From NCBI GenBank assembly GCA_013239625.1, contig MU053652.1, forward strand, positions 1,738,001 through 1,802,000: DNA of 64,000 nt, in the 5' to 3' direction. The position numbers and the translations under genes were made by a program. This stretch comes from Lama guanicoe. Taxonomy: Eukaryota. Below the pieces are notes generated by a model. That model did no database searches. It saw only the letters and a program-made list of their open reading frames with translations, and had not been told where the DNA came from. Shown one piece after another: positions 49,515 to 61,334 of the stretch (position 1 is its first letter; each line of letters begins with the position of its first letter).

Positions 49515-50240
49515 TTGGTTCCTCAAATAAATTAAACATAGATATCATATGATCAGCAATTTCTTCTCTGGGGTATACACCGAAAGGAATTTAAAGCAGG
49601 GACTTAAATATATTTTTTGAGTATTTTAAGATATTTAATCTTAACATGCTTTGTGATCATTACTACTACTTTATGGACAGTAGTCAATATCTCCTGTAAA
49701 ATGACTGGATAAAATGCATTCAAAGTTTGATTAGATGCTTACTATGTTAAGTAGATATTTGCCCACTCAGGTTTATAGCAGCATTATTCATAATAGCCCA
49801 GATTTGGGAGCAACCCAAGTGTCCCTCAACAGATGAATGGAAAAACAAAATGTGGTCTGTACAGACAATGGAATATTATTCAGCCTTAAAAAGGATATTC
49901 TGATATATGCTACAACCTGGTTGACATGGATGAACCTTGGAGACATGCTCAGTGAAATAAGCAAGACACAAAAGAGTAAAAACTGTATGATTCCACTTTT
50001 ATAAGATCCTGAAGTAGTCAAATTCAGAGACAGAAAATGCCATGGTGGGTGCCCCAGGTGGAGGAGGGGAGAATGAGGAGTTAGTATTTTATAGAAGGAG
50101 AAGTTCAGTTTGGGAAGATGAAAAAGTTCTGGAGAGGGATGGTGGTGATGGTTGCGTAGCAACATGAATGTACATAATGCCACTGAAATGTACACTTAAA
50201 AGTGTGTTAAAATAGTCAATTTTATATTATATGTATATAA
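49515..50240 (+). mobile_element. LINE-1 3' region (L1MB-like), interrupted by ~135-bp insertion
   Basis: ggttcctcaaa...tatgatcagcaatt, atagcagcattattcataatagcc, caacccaagtgtcc, acatggatgaaccttg, gatgaaaaagttctggag, gccactgaaatgtacacttaaaa. Confidence 0.9.
49613..49746 (-). pseudogene. Putative 5'-truncated retrocopy of an unidentified mRNA 3' end
   Basis: Non-L1 insert with minus-strand ATTAAA (49634-49639) 15 nt before an A-run (49613-49618); flanked by degenerate direct repeat ttaaatatattt / ttaagtagatattt. Confidence 0.55.
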
Positions 50241-50411
50241 AACCATGATTTTAAAAAAGAATAGTATATGTGAACATGTTTCACAAATTTCAAAGCCCAT
50301 TTACATTTATCATTAGTGTTATTCCTAGTAACAGGGCACCTGTGGCTCAGAAAACTTTTCTAAGGTCATAGATGATGGTCTTTTGACTCCATATCCAGTA
50401 CTCTTTTCAAT

Positions 50412-50596
50412 TCAAGGATGGCATATACGTGGCATATGGTACCAGTGCCTTCTTCTACCCTTATAGCAGACATCAGTCAATTGATCACTACACTTTTTCT
50501 GATGAAATTCAAACATATCCTCAGAATCATTCTTAACACAGTCACCATCCATCAGTGAGAGTTAGCATGCAAGTTGCAGCTTATTTTCCATCTCTG
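50412..50596. mobile_element. hAT-Charlie MER102-like
   Basis: gcagacatc...aattgatcac...cctcagaatcattcttaacacag...gagttagcatgcaag...ttttccatctctg. Confidence 0.7.
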
Positions 50597-52418
50597 CATT
50601 TCTAGCATTTGCCTTAGTTTCTTAATCTGGGTGACCCTGATTGATCACTATTTCCTCATGAAATTTTGAAGACTCATAACTGTAGAAAGGGCATGACCCT
50701 CATTGGAGAGCAGTGGGGCTAGATACACGGATTCTTGACCCAGGAATGAGTCAAGTGCTTTCAGCCCTGTCTCATTTGAACACTGCTGCCTTCGGCCACC
50801 TCTTCAAGGTTGGTGTGGCATCCCTGTCTGCAGGTGGGTACCCCTTCCTGCAGGTGGCTCTGCAGAAAATCCACTCACAGTGGAAAGATGAACTGAAAGT
50901 CTCTCAATCGCTTCCCTCCCATCTTGGTCTGACTTGACCATGCAACCAGATCTTCTAAATTGTCTCATGCCTTATGTGGAGGCCAGCCAAGGGGAGAGGA
51001 ACTGTGATTGAGAGGGGGTCCTTCGTGACCTAGTGGCCTTTTGAAGTCCTTCTAGTTGCATGTTCCTGGTTTTCATTTGCGGGCATCCTGGGCTCAATAG
51101 CTGGTCACACCTCACTTCATATCCAGTTGAGTTACTGATGCAAGTAAAGAAAGGAAACAAGATGGGTGTCGATTTCTAGTCTTCTTTTTCTTTTTCTAGT
51201 GTTCTTCTATACTTTGAAAGATCAAAGGAGGGCCCACTAGAACTTTTTTTACAGCCCCCTCCATCATAATATAAGACAGGAGGGAAAATTCCAGCAAACA
51301 AAATTGTTCTCAGACATCTTTTTATTTTTCCTTTCAGTGGCTTTGATTTAGGTCCCATGGCTTTAATCAAAGTGTTCAAGAGGCACAGAAATGATTCTGT
51401 TAAACGAATTCCTTGCCTCACTCATGCTTCCTACTCTAACCCTTCCGCCGTCCACATTTTTCGTTATTGTTTTTCATTAACGTGGGTTGGAAAAAATATT
51501 CTCCCACTGAAGGATTAAGTGAGGCCTGGAGAGAAATGTTATTTTTTTCCCAAACTAATAACGGGATGCTGGCTCAGCCACTCCACAGCTGACAAGCCAT
51601 CCTGCAAACCCAATTGTCCCCCCTCTCCTTCCCTCTTTACTGAATTCATCCATCACTCTGGGAAAAAGAAATAAAAGGCCTGATAAACAAATCAATCCAT
51701 CCATCATTTTCTGTGAGCTCACGAGGCACCTACAATGGCCACACAGTAGGTTTCTGTACTCACAGCGGTGAGTCTCACACCAGACATCTCGAGCCCACAG
51801 GGGCCTTTGGGGGTGCTGGCTTCCGTCACTGGACGAAACGGTGAATGGCCCCCGTGGTTGTCATCGCTGCCTTGTGCCCACTTGGAACAATCCTTTCTCT
51901 CCCAGCTCCTCCCTGTATTCCCTGGAAGGTAGCCTGTGAGTTCACACCTAGGGTGTGACAGCACCCCTCCCCCTGGGGCTCATTATGGCTGACTCCTTGG
52001 GGAGAGGGGAAGGCGCTGAGGACCATCGTGCCAAGGGCAGCATCTTGGAACAGGCTGTCAGGCAGCTTGCAGTAATACAATACATTTTACTCATCTCTGC
52101 TCTCCATTTAGCATTCATTCTGCAAGTGTTTACGGAGCACCTCTACCAGGTTAAGAACAGGGCCAGCCACCAGGGATAAAATGTGAATGTGGCAGGTGTG
52201 GGCTCTGTCTTCTTGCCGCGTGCATTCAGCAGACTGATATAGAGGGGCCCAGGGCTAGACAAGGGTCCACAACTGCGCATGCTAAATCAGCCAGACACGG
52301 AGGGCAGCACCCACCACCTGCCTCTCCAGGTAGACCTCTGTGCCATCGCCTAAGCTCCATTGTGGACAGAGGCACTGGCCATTCTGCAACAGCCATGAGT
52401 TTGGGCGTCCTCTTCCAG

Positions 52419-52445
52419 ATGTGTGTGTGTGTGTGTGTGTGTGTT
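52419..52445. repeat. (GT)n microsatellite
   Basis: Directly visible. Confidence 0.95.
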
Positions 52446-53409
52446 TGGTTGTAAGATGCATCATTCAGCTCTGAAGGCTCAGCCTGTAAAGAATATCCTG
52501 TATGCCTGCTAAAGGAAAGAAATGAAAGAGCCCTTGATTTGTGTAGTCCTGTAGTCTGCAGAGTAACTGAGTATCTGTGATCTGTGTTTTTAGGGTGAGC
52601 CTCTCCTTTGCACTGATCTTCACAGCCTTCTGTCTTGGTGTAACAGGGAAGGGATGGCGCCTGGAACCTGGGTTGGGGGGAGTAAGTAATTGAGACAGCA
52701 TATTTTCCCACGCCTTCTCAGAGTTCACTAGGACGGCCTGAGGGACACCGGGAGCTCCCACGGCCATTTGTGGGTGAGGGGCAGACCCACCTGGAGCGCC
52801 TTGCTTTCTCTCCTGCCCCCTGAGACCGTGTGGTTCTGAGCATCTGAACTGGCAGAAAGGTGAGCTTAGGAGGGGAAGATGCCCATGTTTCTGGGGTTTG
52901 TAGCCGTGGTCGTGAGAGCTGGGTAATTCGGTAAAATGAGAAAAGGGATGTTGTGTCTTTTACATCAGGTCCCTAAAGGGAATATATTTGTTAAACATTA
53001 TAATTACCCTTCAGCAGCTGAACTCCATGGCAAATGAGAACTCAATAGCAATTGAGAACTATATAGCAATTGAAGCCACACCGAGGCCCATTACTGTTCC
53101 TCAAATGATGCTTTCATTTAGATAAGGCGGATAATTATACATCTTGATTAGGTCACTGCTCTCAAGGGGATACGGCAGTTTCAGGATTGCCCCCACCCTG
53201 TAAATAATGCCGTAGAGCTGCAGCCGACTCCCAACTCTCTTTCCTCCTTTCTCTCTAGATGGAGATGATGAGATAAAGCCACAGATGCACAGACACAGAT
53301 GTGTACAGACGTCCACACATACGGGCACAGCTCCAGCTCTCTCTCTGTCTTAACACTTAGGGACACTGAGATGTGTGAGTTTGTGCCCAGGGTGGGAGAG
53401 ATCAGAACT

Positions 53410-53770
53410 AATTAATAATAATAGCTTAGGTATATATTGTACTCTATTTTACAGAATGCATCTGCAGGCACTATTTCTTTTGATCACTGCCACAATCAAA
53501 GAAGCAGACAGAATGGATATTAGGAGCCTTGGGGAGGGGGGTTGTTTTTGTTTTTTTTTCTTCTGAACTAGGAAGGAGCAGGACCAAAACAAAATGAAAC
53601 AAAACTCTCAAGTGCCCTCCAGCTCTCGTCTTGAGTCGTTTGTATTACCCTTCTACAGATGAGAAGCCTGAGTCTGGGGAAGTCAGAGGCTTTCTCAGGG
53701 CTGCCTGGCTCGTTAAGACATCGACCTGGGTGTAGAGCTCAAGTCTTCGGAGTCTGGTGCTTTTTGCTCT
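53410..53770 (-). mobile_element. MIR SINE in two pieces
   Basis: aataataatagct...tttacagaatgc at 53.41-53.53 kb; tacagatgagaagcctgagtctgggga...ctgggtgtagagctcaagtctt at 53.64-53.77 kb. Confidence 0.55.
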
Positions 53771-53799
53771 GTGTGATGCTCAACCCTTCAGTGAATTCT

Positions 53800-54118
53800 G
53801 ACTGCGTTCAGGATAAAACCAAAAGCCGCCTACGTGGCCTGCAGGATCCTAGGCTGCTCCAGACCCTGCTTAGTCGGGCACCGCTCCTCTTCCCCCTTCA
53901 AGACGCAGCTTACCTGCTAGGCAGGTGAGAACGCGCCATCAGTGCTCCTTGTCATAACTCCTTTCACGTTTTCGTCACAGAACTTGCCACAATTGCAACA
54001 ACTCATTTGCAAAAGTAAAAAAAAAGGGGGGGGGAGCATGTTTCTCTCCTTTATCTCTAACACCTGCCAGAGTTCCTGTCACATAGCAAGCATCAAATTA
54101 ATATTTGTTGAATGAACT
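53800..54118 (+). mobile_element. L2 3' region (degraded)
   Basis: caggataaaaccaaa...gtggcctgcagg...cctgtcacatagcaagc...aatatttgttgaatgaa. Confidence 0.6.
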
Positions 54119-56959
54119 TGTGCGTTAAGGAATTAACTGTGAATAAATAATAGCCTGGAACCTCTGAAGTCGCCATCCCTGAAGATCCTGTACTGCTAAT
54201 TACTTCCAGAGAATTTAATAAAACACAATCATCTCCTCACTCTGTTTTCTTCTCCCTCCAAGTTCTTTGGCCAATTGCTACTATATTTAGAGACCTGGCC
54301 GCTATCTAGTTAGTCTGACAGTGCTTCTTCACGTTTTGCTCTTCCCAAAGCATGCGGGTGTGTTGTTTCAGGGTCACATGTTCATATAAAGGACGTTCCT
54401 TTGAGACATTGGGCTTAAACCCCATACCCCCCACCCTCCCCGACACCCCTACCCCCGTCTCCGGTTTTTAGATGAGAAACCTGAATCTCGGACACTCTCT
54501 ACAGATGACAAACATCTGGATTAAATTGGAAGCGGGGGAGAAGAAAAAGGACTCATATATTTCAAAATATCTGGATAATTAAATAAACTCAATTCACTTC
54601 CAGATGGTTGATGCCACAGAGAGGCAACCCCAGAAAGATTTGGTTTCCGAGTCTAAAAAATTAGTTAGTGGTGGCAGTGGGATTTGAATCTTGTTCACAA
54701 ATCCTCTTCTCCACGGAGATGTGCTGACTGGGAAAATAAATACAGATATATAGCTGTTCTTCCCCAAGTGGGGTGCTCTTGTCCCACTCCTGCTTTCTGG
54801 CAGGGATCTGCCTCTAATTCCTCTCTCTGACTTTGGCCTGACAGAATCCTTCACTCTAACTCAGGCTCAGCCCAGCACTGTTATTTACTTACTTGCGTCG
54901 CCCGCAGAGTTCTAAGACCACCGGGCCTACGCACAAATCTATAAAAGCACATCATGCAGTTGCCAAACACTGCAGTAAACTCCCCCGAAGGGTCCGCCGT
55001 CAGCAGGGATCTTAGACTAAAAAGGATTGTGTTGGAGGCAAAGAGAAGGCTGGCTTTCTATGAATTGAACAGGGAGGGAGATGTGAAGCTCTCCCATTCT
55101 TTCTTGGGAAATGTTCTGAGCCCCCTACCTGCCTGAGATGAAACATCAAAGGCTCCTTCTGAGCCCTTCCTCACGGCAACCTGGACAGAGAAAGAACATG
55201 TGAATTTGGGTGTCCTGGTATCTTAAGATTCCCCAAAGTGGATGTGGATTCAGAGCCAAGCTACTGTACAACTCCGGGGGGCGTCACTTACAAAAAAGGT
55301 ATGATTTGTGTCCTCAAGAGCTATGCGACATGGTGGCTTTGGGGGGACTCCTGTGTGGCTGGGGTCCTGGATATGAGCATCATTCCTTGAGTCACACGCC
55401 CCCGACCACCAGCAGAAGGCAAAGGAAGCCCTCTGCAGAGGGGGATTACAAAGGTGAGAGGATGTGGAGAAGAGGAAGGGTGGGGGAATGCGGGGCACAG
55501 AGCTTTGTGCTCAGCACAGCATCGTGGGTCACAGATGCACCTCCCTTGCTCTCTGCTCGGCAGCTCTGGGGCCCCAGCTGCCTCCTCTCTTTACACCCAT
55601 GGGCTCTGCAAAGATCAGCATTTCCTGTGGCTGTGGTAAAGAAGGCTAAGGGGTTCTGCTGTTTTAGATGGAGGTCTCAATGGACACAAGTAAAATTTCA
55701 AGGCTCTAACATCTGGAAGAGACTTCTGGCTGAGAAGCATCCCTTCCCTGCTGCCAGTCTGTCCATTCGGATGCTGCTGCCCCTGTAAGCAGGGATGTTG
55801 CCTAGAGTGTTGAAGCCCTTGAAGACAGGTGGATTCACAACCTCTCCTTGGGAATCCTTCCCCGTATCCCTGTCTTCTTCGTTCTCTAATGTAAATCCCT
55901 CCAGGAACATTTTTGACTCTCTAACACATGTTCGAAGGAAGAAGAAGATTGGTTGCCATCATTCCTGAGAGAGCCGCACATACAGAGAAACAGTCCTAAT
56001 CGATCCTGCCTCCGATTTTTGGTTTGGGTTAAAGCTTTGATAGGTTCTCTGTTTGACCTTTAAGAATCTCCTTTGCTTGCCTCTGAACTTCTCAGGACTT
56101 GCTGAGAACAGGGAACCAGTATTTCCTGGGCCAGAAGAATTATCCAGCCATGTCCTTGTTCCTGGGGGATTAGTTCTGTAATACCCCCAACCTGGGTCTC
56201 ACCGGGTTATGGTGGCCCACAGTGGTGAACTTAGATCTGTCCCCACCAAATCACCAAAAACAGCTACCGGTGATAAAGAGACAAACAGGGCTACTCCCAT
56301 GCAAAGGTACGTGTTTATGTGTCATTCTTGGTTCAGAGTAGAAGAAGCGAGAATATAGGAATATTTAAAACAAAAACCCCTCTACTTTTGTTTTTTAAAA
56401 AACAGCTTTGACTGAATGCGGGAAGTTCATCTTTAATATCACTGTTTATAAGCTGTTCGGCAATGTTTACTGTGGTTATAATTGGTATCATTAAGCTTAG
56501 GTGACACTATTAATGCTGCTGATTAAGTCACTATAAACCTAACTTCACCATTTATACAAACAGCCGCATCTGAGCTGCCAGTGTTCATACTTGAGCACCG
56601 GGGGCAGGAAAACAGGCTTGCTGGCAGGCACAGTTGGGAAGGAAGAGGGAACCCCAATTTCTCACCTACCTGTCAGGGCTTCTCAGAGAAGCCAACTCTC
56701 CAAATATCTTCACTCAGTGTTAGTAAAATGTTTTCACTTTCTAAAGCAGTTCTTTTGAGAACTGGACATCCTGATGCTGTCAGTGCTTTTTAAAAAGGGA
56801 TGTCAAATACCTCCCTGCTTGCTCTCCTGTCCCTGAATCCCCGCTTCCTCCGCCCTTCAACCCAGCCTCCGCTGCCTGCTGCTGTGTCATGGTCATTTCT
56901 CAGTCCTTACTCTAGTCCGCCTGTCTGCTGTTCTTGTCACTTAGCAAATGATTATCTCC

Positions 56960-57975
56960 TTTTTGAAAAAATGGATGTGTTAAGAGCCACATAATATGAA
57001 ATCTATCTTATTAAGAAACATTTTAAGTGCACAGTACAGTATTAACAACAAGCACAATGTTGTTCATGGGGTCTCTAGAACTTTTCCATCTTGCACAATT
57101 GCAGTTCTATACCCACTGAACAGCAGCTCCCCATTTTCCCCTCCCGCCAGCTTCTGGCAACCACCATTGTACTTCCTGCTTTTTTGAGTTTGACTACCTC
57201 GTGTAAGTAGAATCATGCAACGTTTGTCCCGTGGTTGGTTTATTTCACTTAAGCATAATGTCCTCAAGGTTCACCCATCTTGTAGCATATGATAGGATTT
57301 CTTCCTTTTTGAAAGCTGAATAATATTCTTTTCTATGTATCTACCACTCTTTCTTTATCCATTCATCCACTGATGGACATTTAGAGTGTTTCTTCCTGCT
57401 CTGTGAACAATGCTACTGTGAACGTGGGAGAGCAAATACCTCTTCAAGATATTGTCTTTAATTCTTTTGGGTAAACACCCAGAAGAGGGATTGCAGGGTC
57501 AGAGGGTAGCTCTATTTTTAATTTTTGGGCTTTATACTGTTTTCAGTAGTGGCTGCACCATTTTGCATTCCCGCTAACATAGCACAAGCGTTCCAATTTC
57601 TCCACGTCTTCACCAACACTTGTTATTTTCTGGGGTTTTGTTTTGTTCTGCTTTGTTTGTTTGTTCTGTAGTGGCCATCCTAACAGGTATGAGGGGACCC
57701 TCTCATTGTGATTTTGATTTGCATTTCGCTGATGAGCAGCCTTGCATCGCCAGTTGGCCATTTGTATGTCTTTTTTTAGAAAAATGTTTATTCGAGTCCT
57801 TTGCCCATTAATAAGTTGGGTTATTTGGGGGTTTTTGTTACTGAGTTCCTTATGTATTTCGGATTGGTTCCTTGTATATTATCCCCCTTATCAAATATGT
57901 GGCTTGCAAGTTTTTTTTTTAACCATACTTTAGATTGCCTTTTCATTTTGTTGATTTTTTTATTGAAGTATAGTC
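56960..57975 (-). mobile_element. LINE-1 3' region (L1MA9/L1MB-like)
   Basis: ttttaagtgcacagtacagtattaac, tctctagaactt, aacagcagctccccattt, tatttcacttaagcataatgtcctcaaggttca, ccactgatggacatttag, ttggccatttgtatgtc. Confidence 0.92.
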
Positions 57976-57984
57976 TATTCTCAG

Positions 57985-58590
57985 GAAGGCAGCCAAAGAA
58001 GACCTTTTAAAACATCTGTGGGATCATGTTACTCCTGTGCTCAAAATGTTCCAGTGGCTTCCCATCTCACTCAGCATAAAATCCAGGGTTCTTACGGGGG
58101 CCCTTGAGGTCCTTCACCAGCCGGCCTCCTGCTCTCTCTCCGGGCTCACCCCCGCTGTTCAGTAGTCTGCAGCCACATTTGGCCTCCTTCGTACTTCTTC
58201 AGCACACCCCAAAGACTCCCACCACAGAGTCTCTGTATCTTCAGTTCCTTCTTCCTGGAATCCTCTCCTCCCACCTGTCCACATAACTAGCTCCCTTCCT
58301 TCCTTCAGGTCCCACTGTCACTTTACCCTGCTGAGTTAAGCAGCCATACCCCCAGCTCTGGCACTCTCTGCCCCACTTTCCCAGGTTTATTGTTTTTCAC
58401 AGCACTTATAAACACTTGACACAGGAGGTACTTATATGCCTATTAATGATCGCTTGTCTCCCCCGCCATCAGGATATAAACCACATTAGAATAGAGATTT
58501 TCTCTTATTCGTCAACGTATCCCTTGTACCTAGAACAGGGCCAGGTGTATGGTTAGTGCTAGATAAATGTTAATTAAATGAATGAATAAA
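57985..58590 (+). mobile_element. L2 (L2a-like) 3' region
   Basis: gatcatgttactcctgtgctcaaaa...cagtggcttcccatctcactcag...tacctagaacagggccagg...ataaatg...aatgaatgaat. Confidence 0.85.
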
Positions 58591-58732
58591 AGAGTCTGCT
58601 GAGCACCTAATGGTCTCATTTGTCTGGACGTTATACGGAAATGGAGATTGCTGTTGGGTACATTTCTTGCTCATAGCCAGTGGGACTCGCCCTTCAACTA
58701 ATGAAATCTGACGTCAGCTGTCTTGGGGATTT

Positions 58733-59205
58733 ATCAGTTAGGATGTTTCAGTTGCAACTAACAGAGACTGACTCGAGTTATCTTAATCAAAAAGAGAATT
58801 TACGGGCAAGGATATCAGGGCTCCCAGATTGATGGGTACTGGAGGAGCGGGCTTGGACAACGTACAGGAATCAGGGCACTCTGGTGGCTGGAAGTGTGAC
58901 AGCCGTCTTTTAACAAGAACAGTCTGCAGGATGTGCTCTTCCTGCTGTGACTCACCACTGCCATCCTGAACAATTTCTAACCGTCCTTCATGTGCGTTGC
59001 CTGCCGGAGACGCAACGTCTTAGAAGCAAGACTCTATTGACCAGCTCAGGGCCTCGCTGCCAGAGGCAGGAAGGAGGAGTGTTTGGCTCTTTCTGCTTCC
59101 AAAGTAGGGGCGCTTGGTCCTGCCTGCCACCAAGACCTCCCTTAATGGGGGTTTTCTCCAAAGGAGGGGGCGCTTGGATCCTGGACACCCCTGAAATAAG
59201 TCCAG
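58733..59205. mobile_element. ERVL-MaLR solo LTR (MLT1N/MLT1M-like)
   Basis: tcagttaggatg...gttgcaactaacagagactgactc...cttaatcaaaaagagaattta...aaggatatc; end ggggttttctccaaagga...ggatcctgg. Confidence 0.7.
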
Positions 59206-59947
59206 GAGAGGAGGGCATGCATTTGCCGGATCTTTTAGCAATCATTGTTTCAAAGCCGCTCAAAGACTCATTCACCCTAGAACCACACCGGTGCTGAAAA
59301 GGAATGCAGGCATCTTCTCCACGTTTTCCTGGGGCTGTCAGCAAGTTGCCTCCCAGGAGGCCTTTGTGGAACTTCAGACCGTTTCTCTAATTCTCTGCCT
59401 CTGCCGCATCTGTACGTGCTGGTTGCTAAGCAGAGGGAGGAGCTAGAACATCTTCCTTTTTGAAGGGATGGAATCCGTCTCCAAGAGCTTTCCTTGCCCA
59501 GATTAATTAGAACCATCTGCAGAGCAGAGGTGCACTAGGGACACACGTATGTGTACAAACAAACACGCCCATGGAGCCATGCACTAAGCAGCCTGCCCCC
59601 CATGTCAGCAACCCACACATATTAGTGCTAAACAACGCTGATGATCATGATGGTACATTCTGATCAAAAGTAATTTTTATGAAAGACACTAGCCTACCAC
59701 CCTCCACCATCTGAATATTCTATTCCCTGATGGGAAGAGAAGAGCTGTAATGGCATGGCAGAAAAATGTGACTGTAAAGCACATCTCCTCCAGATATCTA
59801 AGCCCTAAAAAGATTTGAGACCCCAGTGGGTTTCAAATAAAAACTCTTCGTGCCTTAATTGTGAGGGCTTGAGTCTCCAATGACACAATACATGTTTGTG
59901 GATTTGAGCTCATTCCTGATTTAAACCCCTTACTATGCACATGCTCA

Positions 59948-59952
59948 GTGCG

Positions 59953-59998
<46 letters not shown>
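59948..59998. repeat. (CG)5(CA)17 compound microsatellite
   Basis: Directly visible alternating purine-pyrimidine tract. Confidence 0.95.
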
Positions 59999-61334
59999 GC
60001 TGGTGCCCCCAGCTCCCAGGCATGCACAGTTCTGGCTGTAATAATTCAGATGCCATTAATGCAGTCCCACCAGGACAGTTAGTTGCTCCTTTGATGTTCC
60101 CTTGGGGGGAACATTCCAGGAGGTCCCCTCTCTTACTGATGTGGAACTCTCTGGGGGTCAGTGAGCAATGAGGACATGTGTTGGAGTGGGGGAGTGAGGA
60201 AAAAAACCTGGGCTCAGGTTCCATGAGGAAAACAGATCTGAAAAGAGCACAGACGTTTTGGGGATGCAAAGCCCTCAAGAAGCACAGCAGACTTGGTTAA
60301 TGCCAGGCTGGGAGGGCCTTCTCTGCAAAGAACAGGACAGGGGGACCCAAGATGCTCCCTGGGCTCTGCCTCAGTTTCCCCCCTCCATCGGCAGGGGGAG
60401 TACATGCATTCTCTGCCTCTCAGAGATGGAGCCAAGTCTTTCATAGACTTAGTCAGATAAGAGCAGTAAAGGAAGCTACACATTGTGGAGAGAAGATCAT
60501 GCTTGTTTGTTCCCCTTTGTTTTGTAATCAGGCTTCCCTCCAGCTTCAGGAAGTTCAATATCCCAGATACACTGAACTTGCCAAACATATTTTAAGGTGT
60601 AGTAATGTGTATTGGGGGTGGGGGGAGCTTCCTAATGAATATAAAAAGAGATTCAGTTTGTAAATATTAGACTTACAAGCGACTTTTCTGACATACATCC
60701 GTTGCATAGAATTGAGTACAGAAACATGTGATTAATAACAATAAGATGATAGCAGTTGGCATCACACCGATGCTAAATTTACACCATAACAATTAGCCCT
60801 TAAATGTGAGTTAATAGGGGCATAAACACGTAGTTAAGAATAGATCTAAGAACGACTGGAAGTAGTCACAAAAAAGCATTCTGGGATGGAGCCGGCAAAG
60901 CCGGGCCAACGATCTCCACCAGCCAACCAGACATTCTGTGATTTGATAAAACTAATAATGCAAAACTTATTGCTATAGCAGAAACGTCATAAAAATGTAG
61001 TAAAAAATAAACAAGCACATGGCTTTGGCAGAAATGCTGAAAACAAGTGTGGAAATTGAAGACATCAAAGTAAAGCCAAGAAGCATCTTGGCAAGTGGGA
61101 GCAGGAGATGTTCACATATATGAGTGGAAAATCCTAAGGAATTTGGGATTTTTTTTTTCATGTTTGAGCAATATTTTGGGAAGTGGTATTTCATACATAC
61201 TTCTCTCTGTACCAAGATATTTCTCTTCCCAACATTATTTTGCAACGTACTTGACTGATGAGGTCTGTTACCATTATAAGGCCTTTTAGTAGAAGTATTT
61301 GGAATTTTTAAAGCTCAGAAAAGGGGGGAAGGCA

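Noticed and set aside
49666..49677. 12-nt identity to the 3' half of miR-142-3p (CTACTTTATGGA)
   Set aside because: No seed half and no pre-miRNA hairpin; short AT-rich chance match.
49788..50195. 135-aa minus-strand ORF
   Set aside because: Antisense translation of an L1 3' region; a common spurious hypothetical-protein pattern.
56493..56510. TTAGGTGACACTAT, 14 nt identical to the SP6 phage promoter, overlapping a HindIII site
   Set aside because: Lacks the promoter ends (AT...AG), has no other vector sequence adjacent, and the flanks look genomic; treated as coincidence (VecScreen would settle it).
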